Shown here one piece after another: positions 51,418 to 64,000 of a stretch of DNA of 64,000 nucleotides. Location of the stretch: NCBI GenBank assembly GCA_964016885.1, contig OZ024766.1:3162001-3226000 (forward strand), given 5' to 3'. Below the pieces are notes generated by a model that saw only the letters and a list, made by a program, of their open reading frames with translations, was not told the origin of the DNA and searched no databases. The first letter of the stretch is position 1. The number at the start of each line of letters is the position of its first letter. The translations under genes were made by a program, and so were the position numbers. This DNA comes from Eledone cirrhosa. Lineage: Eukaryota.

Positions 51418-52863
51418 TCATGTATGACTACGTTTGTGTCTAGTGACAGCACTTATACAGGAGAATGATTTACCACAGATATCACAGAGATAAGGTTTCT
51501 CTCCTGTATGACAACGTTTGTGTTCGGTTACGTGACTTGTACGAGAGAATGATTTACCACAGATATCACAGGGGTAAGGTTTCTCTCCTGTATGACTATA
51601 TTTGTGTTTAGTTAAGCTACTTGACTCGGAGAATGATTTACCACAGATATCACAGTGATGAGGTTTCTCTCCTGTATGACTACGTTTGTGTCTAGTTAAA
51701 TGACTTGTTCGAGAGAATGATTTACCACAGATATCACAGGGGTAAGGTTTCTCTCCTGTATGACTATATTTGTGTTTAGTTAAGCTACTTGACTCGGAGA
51801 ATGATTTACCACAGATATCACAGTGATGAGGTTTCTCTCCTGTATGACTACGTTTGTGTCTAGTTAAATGACTTGTTCGAGAGAATGATTTACCACAGAT
51901 ATCACAGGGGTAAGGTTTCTCTCCTGTATGACTACGTTTGTGAGTAGTTAAATGACCTGACTGAGAGAATGATTTACCACAGATATCACAGTGATGAGGT
52001 TTCTCTCCTGTATGACTACGTTTGTGTATAGTTAAGGCACTTTTAAGAGAGAATGATTTACCACAGATATCACAGGGATACGGTTTCACTCCTGTATGAC
52101 TATGTTTGTGGATAGTTACACCACTTTTAAGAGAGAATGATTTACCACAGATATCACAGGGATATGGTTTCTCTCCTGTATGACTATATTTGTGTATAGT
52201 TACACCACTTTTAAGAGAGAATGATTTACCACAGATATCACAGGGATAAGGCTTCTCTCCTGTATGACTACGTTTGTGTATAGTTAAGGCACTTGCCCAA
52301 GAGAATGATTTACCACAGATATCACAGTGATAAGGTTTCTCTCCTGTATGACTACGTTTGTGTATAGTTACATCACTTTTAAGAGAGAATGATTTACCAC
52401 AGATATCACAGAGATAAGGTTTCTCTCCTGTATGACTACGTTTGTGTATAGTTAAGGCACTTGTCCAAGAGAATGATTTACCACAGATATCACAGTGATA
52501 AGGTTTCTCTCCTGTATGACTACGTTTGTGTATAGTTACATCACTTTTAAGAGAGAATGATTTACCACAGATATCACAGAGATAAGGTTTCTCTCCTGTA
52601 TGACTACGTTTGTGTATAGTTACATTACTTTTAAGAGAGAATGATTTACCACAGATATCACAGGGATAAGGTTTCTCTCCTGTATGACTACGTTTGTGTA
52701 TAGTTAAGGCACTTGTACAAGAGAATGATTTACCACAGATATCACAGTGATGAGGCTTCTCTCCAGTATGACTATATTTGTGTATTGTTAAATGACCTAA
52801 CTGAGAGAATGATTTATCACAGATATTACAGTAGTATGATGATTTTCCTTCCTCTTCTGACAT
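51418..52863 (-). CDS. C2H2 zinc-finger gene ZNF-7, 481 aa, 17 fingers, ends at GGA-to-TGA in a TGEKP linker
   Basis: ORF track translation; stop at 51420-51418. Confidence 0.9.
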   Translation of the reverse strand: MSEEEGKSSYYCNICDKSFSQLGHLTIHKYSHTGEKPHHCDICGKSFSCTSALTIHKRSHTGEKPYPCDICGKSFSLKSNVTIHKRSHTGEKPYLCDICGKSFSLKSDVTIHKRSHTGEKPYHCDICGKSFSWTSALTIHKRSHTGEKPYLCDICGKSFSLKSDVTIHKRSHTGEKPYHCDICGKSFSWASALTIHKRSHTGEKPYPCDICGKSFSLKSGVTIHKYSHTGEKPYPCDICGKSFSLKSGVTIHKHSHTGVKPYPCDICGKSFSLKSALTIHKRSHTGEKPHHCDICGKSFSQSGHLTTHKRSHTGEKPYPCDICGKSFSRTSHLTRHKRSHTGEKPHHCDICGKSFSESSSLTKHKYSHTGEKPYPCDICGKSFSRTSHLTRHKRSHTGEKPHHCDICGKSFSESSSLTKHKYSHTGEKPYPCDICGKSFSRTSHVTEHKRCHTGEKPYLCDICGKSFSCISAVTRHKRSHT

Positions 52864-54797
52864 CTCTTCAAGAAAAAATATTAATCTGTTAAGCGTAAAA
52901 TATTAATCTGTTAATATATTGATATTTTTGCTTGGTTTTGATTTTACAGTTTATTCCCAACAAACATTTCCTCTGTTAAATCTCCATCAGCTCTGCTCTT
53001 TGTTGATATCTGAATATGATGCAAATTCCTTTGTAAATTTTTGCAACCTTACTAAGAATGCAGAATCTTCTTGTACATTTTCCAGATAGGAAGAGAAATC
53101 TTTCCATCAACCTCAGTTTAGAAGAAATATTTCACTAATTCACCAAATGTTGATATAAAAACATTTATATAAACACCGTGTAAAATCTTGTGTTAGTCTT
53201 TTAAACAATGATATTGATGTTGTATCTGAAGTTAAAATTTCTCTTCTGTCAATGTCATGTGATATTCTGAAATAACAGAGAAACAAAATAAGATATAGAG
53301 GAGAGGATATTAAAATGTTGTGATTCAACAATGGAAATTTTACCTTTCTTTAATGATAAATAGTCAACATCATCATTGTTTAACATCCATCTTCCACACT
53401 AGTGTAAAATATATATAATGAAAAAAATGATTGTGTACAGTGCTCAGGTGCACTACAACTGATAGAATTATGTACAAATGTCAGGAAAATTAACAGTGTA
53501 CGAGTCCTGATAAACACACATGTGTTCGTGTGTGTGTATGGACGGGGAATATCAGGTGCAAGTGATGGAAAATTTGGGGAAGCATGGAAGTTTTGAAGGA
53601 TACATCAGTGATTCGGGTAATGTCTTCAGGAAAGTCTATGAGTTGATCACAGTCGCTGGAGTTAGGGATAAATCCAAATTGCGTGGGTCGGATAAGGCTG
53701 TGAGAGTTCCAGAGTGGTTCTCTCACACAGGACTCCATCAGTTTGGCGATGCAGCTAGTTAGATTGACTGGACAATAGTTGAGAGGTGACATGCGATCAC
53801 CCTTCTTGAACAAAGGAATGGCACTGGCAGTTTTCTACTGCTCAGAGGTAACTCCATTGTTAAGAGAATTGAAAGAAGAGTGAAAGCTGGTGCAGAAAAA
53901 AGTAACCACCATGTCTGAGAAGCAGGTACGTAACATAATTACGACCAGGAGAAGGATAGTTGAACTTATTCTTATGGTGGCATCTTAGTATCATAGGTGT
54001 AAATTCTATACTTGTTTCTTTTTTTCGTGTGCTATCAACCAATCTGACCTCCAAGGGGCTCGCAGTTGACTTTTGTCCAGCAAGATTGAAATGTTGGGAA
54101 GGGCTCCCTCCCGCTTCTCGGAGTTTACCCAACCATTTTTCTTTCAGAGTGTTATTAACGAATCTCACCTCCCAACAAGTAGGAAATGACTAGATTTATA
54201 GAAAAACTAGGGTGAAAGGGAGTCAAAAGACGATCGGAGGTTCACAGATCTACACCCACCTCGCCTTTCGTGGGGAAAAATTACCTTTTTTTATTTTGTG
54301 CTGTCAACTAATCTGACCCCCAAGGTGCTCCCAATCATCTTTTTCTCCCGGGTTAGGGTTTCTGTTATCCAGATAAAAATCGATTGCGAGAATCTTTTTA
54401 AGTTAGATTAGTTGATAGCACACGAAATAACCGAGGAAAGAAATTATTTTCCCACTGAAATGGAGGGGTGTGTTGTATAAATTGACCTAAACTACACATT
54501 ATAATACAAGGTAGTGAACAACATGATTAAATAGCCGGAGGTAATTTAAATAATAAAGACACTCATAATAACAATATATTTTATATCACATGTAACAGTA
54601 GAATCTAGCTATTGTAAAATAAGACAACATTTCAGTCTAGAAGTATTTTCCTGTATATAAAAGTGACGAGGAAGAAATATGTCCAAAGTTGTTAAATATT
54701 TTCACTTGTATATAATTACTGTATCGTTGAAAGGTTCACATAATTCTATTATTTACACACATTATCATAGACTTCAAGTAAATCTTTCTCAACTTAC

Positions 54798-54961
54798 CCT
54801 CTTCACATGTAATCAATGTGTTGTCTTCTTATATTATATTAAACAAAGAAATAATCTCCTTGTTGTTGAATAAGAATTTTTAAAGATTTCATCAGCTTTT
54901 CTTTGTCCGCCATTAACGTTGGTGTATCTTCTTATTCTTTAGCCACAGATTCGTATCTTGT
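54798..54961 (-). promoter_or_regulatory. Predicted exon 1 / promoter block of ZNF-7 with uORF 54913-54839; intron 54797-53267
   Basis: Conserved donor, acceptor and CCGCCATT (54907). Confidence 0.65.
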
Positions 54962-55019
54962 CACAATGAAGCTGTTAAGCTAGCTTTCTTTCTTTCTCCC
55001 TCATTATTTGTATACTTGA

Positions 55020-55059
<40 letters not shown>

Positions 55060-55701
55060 ATGTTTGTCTACTTGATTATATATATATACATATCATCATC
55101 GCCGTTTAACGTTCATTCCCCATGTTAACATGGGTTAAACGAGCTGTCCCGTTTTGTGGCAAGTCAGATCAGATGACCGTCTCTTGTTTATACAGAACTA
55201 TCTCTGGGTTGGTTTCTACGGCTCGATACCCATCCAAACGCCAACCATGTTTACAGTGTGGAGTTGATGCTCTTTTCTAAGCAAGAAATTGATCGCTATA
55301 CAGGCCACTTTTTCTTATGTCACCAACACCACCACTTTACAGGGTGGACTGGGCGCTTTTCCCCATGTCACCAACACCAGCACTTTACATTGTAGTCTGG
55401 ACACTTTTTGTTATGTCACTAACACCAGCACTTTACAGGGTGGACAGGCCACTTTTTGGTATGGCTCCAATACCAGCACTTTACAGAGTGGACTGGGCGC
55501 TTTTATCGTGTCACCAACACTACAGGGTGAACTGGGAGCTATTTGTCTTGTCATCAACATGTCCACTTCACAGCTTGGACTGTATGTTTTCTGTGTCGTC
55601 ACCATCACAACCACTCTATTCAGTGGACTAGGTATATATTGTTGGGACACTAACATCACCAATTTTCAAGAACTGCCGTAGAAGGAATGATTTACAATGT
55701 T

Positions 55702-55746
<45 letters not shown>

Positions 55747-55780
55747 AATAATGATGGCTGCCCGTTGCAAATGGTGGTGC

Positions 55781-56004
55781 ATATGAAAAAGTGAGTCCTT
55801 CATCAGTGACCCTCCAACCGTCCCAGGCATTTCATCGCTTTATTTCCGTTGCTTAAACCATTTTGTTTGTTACCCTAACGTCCCCTTTATTTACGTGTCC
55901 CAACGACTTTTTTTAGCCGTTGTTCGCACCAACCTGAGGCATATGGCCCTTAAAGCGATGAAATGCCTGGGACGCTTGGAGGGTCACCGATGAAGGACTC
56001 GCTT

Positions 56005-56012
<8 letters not shown>
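55781..56012. repeat. 62-bp inverted repeat (55781-55842 / 55951-56012, 3 mismatches) between (TA)n tracts
   Basis: Direct comparison of the arms; each carries GGGTCA-CYGATGA-AGG. Confidence 0.9.
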
Positions 56013-56058
<46 letters not shown>

Positions 56059-56249
56059 CTACGAGGTGAGAGGTTCGACCTAGAGCTGGCGTTGCAGAAA
56101 TAAGTTAGAATGTGTTAATTTTATATATTTATATATTTATATATATTTAAAGTATATATATACATACATATATATATATGTATAATTCGATATATATTTA
56201 TTCTTATCGAGCCCTCTTTGGATTTTAGGCTTCACATTTATTATTATTA

Positions 56250-56535
56250 CTATATATATATATATATATATACACACATCTATATATACATGTATATATA
56301 TATACATATACTGTATATATATATACACATCTATATATACGTATGTATATACATATACTATATATATATATATACATATACTATATATATATATATACAT
56401 ATACTATATATATATATATATACATATACTATATATATATATATATATACATATACTATATATATATATATATATATACTATATATATATATATACATAT
56501 ACTATATATATATATATATACATATACTATATATA

Positions 56536-56568
<33 letters not shown>

Positions 56569-57262
56569 CATATACTATATATATATATACTATATATATA
56601 TACATATACTATATATATATATACATATATACATATACTATATATATATATACATATACTATATATATATATACATATACTATATATATATATACATATA
56701 CTATATATATATATACATATACTATATATATATATATACATATACTATATATATATATATACATATACTATATATATATATATACATATACTATATATAT
56801 ATATATACATATACTATATATATATATATACATATACTATATATATATATATGCTATATATATATATATATACATATACTATATATATATATATGCTATA
56901 TATATATATATATACATATGCTATATATGTATATATATACATATGCTATATATGTATATATATACATATGCATATATATACATATACTATATATATATAT
57001 ACATATACTATATATATATATATATATATATACATATACTATATATATATATATATATATATACATATACTATATATATATATATACATATACTATATAT
57101 ATATAGATACATATACTATATATATATATATATATATACATATACTATATATATATATATAGATATACTATATATATATATATATATATATAGATATACT
57201 ATATATATATATATATATAGATATACATATGCTATATATATATATATATATATATACATATG

Positions 57263-57298
<36 letters not shown>

Positions 57299-58045
57299 TA
57301 TATATATATATATACATATACTATATATATATATATACATATACTATATATATATATATACATATACTATATATATATATACATATACTATATATATATA
57401 TATATATATACATATACTATATATATATATACATATACTATATATATATATATATATACATATACTATATATATATATACATATACTATATATATATATA
57501 CATATACTATATATATATATATATCATCATCATCATGCATCATCATCATTTTACGTCCGCTTTTCCCTGCTTGCAAGGGTGGGACGTATATATATATATA
57601 TATACTATATATATATATTTACTATATATATATATATATACATATACTATATATATATATACATATACTATATATATATATATACATATACTATATATAT
57701 ATACATATACTATATATATATATACATATACTATATATATATATATACATATACTATATATATATACATATACTATATATATATGTGTATATATATATAT
57801 ATATATATACATATACTATATATATATATATATACATATACTATATATATATATATATATACATATACTATATATATATATATAATATATAATACATATA
57901 CTATATATATATATATATATATATACATATACTACATATATATATATATATATAAATATACTATATATATATATATATATACATATACTATATATATATA
58001 TATATATATACATATACTATATATATATATATATATATATACATA

Positions 58046-58090
<45 letters not shown>

Positions 58091-58170
58091 TATATATACA
58101 TACATATACTATATATATATATAATATGTATGTATGTATGTATGTATATATACATATATATATATATAAA
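56250..58170. repeat. Compound (TA)n microsatellite with recurring CATATAC interruptions
   Basis: Direct inspection. Confidence 0.95.
57525..57587 (-). mobile_element. Very short RTE-type 3' end inserted in (TA)n
   Basis: Reverse complement of the 2323-2380 insert. Confidence 0.75.
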
Positions 58171-58422
58171 CGGAAAAAATGAAACGAAATTTCATTTCCC
58201 ACTCTTAGTACGGCTGTTACTTAAATATAAGTATGTATACGTACATACATATATGTATACAGACGTACAGTAGTATTGTATATATATATATATATATATA
58301 CATACATGCACACATATATATATGTACGTATGGATTCACCGAACATTTATTATAATACTCGGTGTGTTTGTAAACAAACATCTCGATTCAAGAAATACAG
58401 TGTCTAGCAACCATCGTTGTTC

Positions 58423-58453
<31 letters not shown>

Positions 58454-58558
58454 TAGATATGTATATACATATACATATGTATATGTAGATACTTACATAT
58501 ATATATATACACATATATATAGAGAGAGATAGATATGTATATATATATACGAATACAC

Positions 58559-59362
58559 ATAATTATATATATATATATTATTATATATATATTATAAGAA
58601 CAGGTTAAAATTTAAGTTAAGAATCGCTGCTTTCACGCTTAACGTGATTCAATCATCAAACATAAAAAAGTCAGCTGAAAACTTTTTTGCACCCATTTTT
58701 GCGATTAAGTAAAGACAGAGTTATCGTTCTTGAGATTTCGGCTGAGAGAAATTTGGGGAACTGATGTCGCTAAATCGTCAAAGTATTTACCTCTACTGTT
58801 GCATCATGGGAGGGTAATGGCTGAATTTTTTTTTTTTAACGACGGCAGTTCTTTTAATTTCTTTCCCGCCATCTTGCTCCTTGTTTGATATTAATGAATA
58901 GCTACGAAATAATTAATTGACACCGGTTTAGGGGTTCCACGTAACCCTTGCCCTCTCGCTCCCATGGTAACCTGATGTTCACATTAAAGAGGTGTTGCAA
59001 TAAATTAATTATTTTATATTTATTCATTAATACCAAATAAGGAACAAGATGGCGTGAAAGAAATTTAAAAAAAATAAGCCGTCGTTAAAAAAACAAATGT
59101 CAGCCATTACCCTCCCATGATGCAACAGTAGAGGTAAATACTTTGACGATTTAGCGACATCAGTTCCCCAGATTTCTCTCAGCCGAATCTCAAGAACGAT
59201 AACTCTGTCTTTACTTAATCGCAAAAATGGGTGCAAAAAAGTTTCAGCTGTCTTTTTTATGTTTGATGATTGAATCACGTTAAGCGTGAAAGCAGCGATT
59301 CTTAACTTAAATTTTAACCTGTTCTTATAATATATATATAATAATATATATATATATAATTA
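58559..59362. repeat. Large inverted repeat, ~340-bp arms (58559-58900 / 59021-59362), ~120-bp spacer
   Basis: Arms are near-identical reverse complements, including the irregular (TA)n edge. Confidence 0.92.
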
Positions 59363-59659
59363 TTTAACACAAACTACTTAACATGTATATATATATATAT
59401 AATACAGAGAGAGTGTGGCACTCCGTCGGTTACGACGAAGGGAATTCGTGTTTATATTACTAATGATTAAATATTTAGAGGGCAAGTGTTACGTGGACCC
59501 CTAAACCGGTGTCAATTTTACACTATTATTCTCAAAACATGTCGGATATTATGATTATTTTGAAGTTTTATCTTCTATCTCTACTCTTTCCGTATTTATA
59601 ATAAAATAAATAAATTTAAGGTTTTTAATACTTTAAATATATAAAATTTACAGCAAATT

Positions 59660-61008
<1,349 letters not shown>

Positions 61009-61108
61009 GGTTAACTTTGCCTTTCATTCTTACGGGGTCGATAAAATAAAGTACCAGTAATACACTGGGTAATTTGCTGGCCTTGTGCCAAAAGTAGAAA
61101 CAATTATT
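61009..61108 (+). mobile_element. 5'-truncated SINE (same family as 31093-31275)
   Basis: Core and 3' end AGTAGAAACAATTATT. Confidence 0.8.
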
Positions 61109-61156
61109 TGTGTATATAAATGTTCAGATTTGTTGTAATAAATCATTGCCAATAAT

Positions 61157-61251
61157 TGTTTCTACTTTAGGCACAAGGCCAGCAGTTTCCCAGTTCATTA
61201 CTGGTACTTTATTTTATCGACCCCGTAGGGATGAAAGGCAAAGTCAACCTC
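61157..61251 (-). mobile_element. 5'-truncated SINE with 10-bp TSD TGCCAATAAT
   Basis: TSD at 61147-61156 and 61252-61261. Confidence 0.85.
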
Positions 61252-61451
61252 TGCCAATAATGACATTGAGTGATCAACACAGTCGATGTATGTCATACAT
61301 CAATTCATATATTTATTGCCAATATAGGTTTGTCATTTTTATTGATTTATTACTTTAAATCGAGACAGGCAAACCATCATTTCACCATCATTTCATTTTA
61401 CGTCCCCTTTTCCCTGCTTGCAAGGGTGGGATGGGAACTGATTCTGGCTTG

Positions 61452-62100
61452 ATTTCTACAGCTGGATGCCCTTCCTAACAACAACCTCATTTACAGTGAG
61501 TGCTGGGTGCTTTTTTTTGCCGTGGCACCTCCACGACCACTTTGCAGTGGAATGATAGGGACCCCAGTCCCTATCATCTCATTTCTACAGCTGGATGCCC
61601 TTCCTAACACCAACCTCATTTACAGTGAGTGCCGGGTGCTTTTTTGCCGTGGCACCTCCACGACCACTTTACAGTGGAATGATAGGGACCCCAGTCCCTA
61701 TCATCACATTTCTACAGCTGGATGCCCTTCCTAACACCAACCTCATTTACAGTGAGTGCTGGGTGCTTTTTTTTCCGTGGCACCTCCACGACCACTTTAC
61801 AGTGGAATGATAGGGACCCCAGTCCCTATCATCTCATTTCTACAGCTGGATGCCCTTCCTAACACCAACCTCATTTACAGTGAGTGCCGATGCTTTTTTG
61901 CCGTGGCACCTCCACGACCACTTTACAGTGGAATGATAGGGACCCCAGTCCCTATCATCACATTTCTACAGCTGGATGCCCTTCCTAACACCAACCTCAT
62001 TTACAGTGAGTGCTGGGTGCTTTTTTTTCCGTGGCACCTCCCACGACCACTTTACAGTGGAATGATAGGGACCCCAGTCCCTATCATCTCATTTCTATAG
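61452..62100. repeat. ~128-bp minisatellite (5 copies) derived from the RTE-tail element, each unit with a perfect 11-bp hairpin
   Basis: Units start at 61452, 61581, 61708, 61836 and 61962. Hairpin ATGATAGGGAC-CCCA-GTCCCTATCAT. Confidence 0.92.
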
Positions 62101-62231
62101 CTGAGTAAACTGGAGCAATGTGAAATAAAGTGTCTTGCTCAAGGAAACAACACATCACCCGGTCTGAGAATTGAACTCACAACCTTTCGATTGCAAGGCC
62201 AATGCTCTAACCACCAAGCCATGTGCCTCCA
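62101..62231 (-). mobile_element. tRNA-derived SINE head (second family)
   Basis: Minus strand has A box TGGCTTGGTGG and B box GAGTTCAATTC, then CCTTGAGCAAGACACTT. Confidence 0.75.
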
Positions 62232-62605
62232 TATTATTTTAAATTAGTATTTTTCAACTTAGCTAACTTGGTCATTTGCAATTGGAACACATGTATACTT
62301 GTATCAGTGTTCATCCCTCTCATATATTCATTTGTATATATAAATATTTATTAAAATAACAGATTAAAGTTTAAGCAAAGAATTGCTGCTTTCACCCTTA
62401 ACGGGATCTTCTGTAACTAAAAAAAAATCAATCTGTGAACGCAGAAGTAAATATTCAAAAAACGTTGCACCGAAGGAAGACAGGAAGACGATACTTTGGC
62501 GCGTGAAGACGTTCCCTGGCAAAGAACGGATAAAGACAAAGATAATATGTCATTATTTTGAAGCGGTGAAAACAATTATACGCAAAGACAAAACCATACA
62601 AACAA

Positions 62606-62636
<31 letters not shown>

Positions 62637-62754
62637 TACAAATATATATATATATATATATATATATGTGTCGTGGACATACATTCACACACAAATAAAA
62701 AGAACAAAGAAAGAAAGAAAGAAACAGTTTATTTACATTTGTGTTGTTGTTTGA

Positions 62755-64000
<1,246 letters not shown>

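Noticed and set aside
22215-54873. Recurrent small ORFs (MLNHNILISS, MSKVVKYFH, MPEISIL, MRFVNNTW, MCSLGQF, MNASRSG)
   Set aside because: They recur only because the units are recent duplicates. They overlap introns, splice sites or repeat fragments, and several use non-ATG starts.
62150-62231. tRNA gene
   Set aside because: A and B boxes are present, but there is no complete cloverleaf and it continues into SINE body sequence.

Overview
Eukaryotic, AT- and repeat-rich DNA, most likely a coleoid cephalopod such as Octopus (inferred from gene architecture and repeat types, not proven). The window holds a head-to-tail cluster of seven minus-strand C2H2 zinc-finger genes in two subfamilies ([10 protein letters not shown] x2, [10 protein letters not shown] x5). 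They have no effector domain and sit in 5.6-8.4 kb tandem duplication units. Each unit has a predicted non-coding first exon with a frame-conserved uORF, one intron and one finger-array exon. Arrays are shuffled from a small vocabulary of recognition helices. Five of the seven (ZNF-2, -4, -5, -6, -7) are cut short by a stop, frameshift or insertion, leaving fossil fingers downstream. A 10.2 kb array of about 154 copies of a 66-bp G-rich repeat separates the subfamilies, and its minus strand is open in all three frames. The least expected signal is a set of minimal type I hammerhead ribozyme motifs with palindromic stem III, the Penelope-like element type. Four lie within 1.2 kb (8939-10149) and one more at 3277-3349, in (TA)n tracts just upstream of the first two ZNF genes. 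Other content: RTE and CR1/L2-like LINE fragments, tRNA-derived SINEs with TSDs, TTAA-flanked MITEs, minisatellites, large inverted repeats and long (TA)n tracts. All alignments and folds were done by eye.
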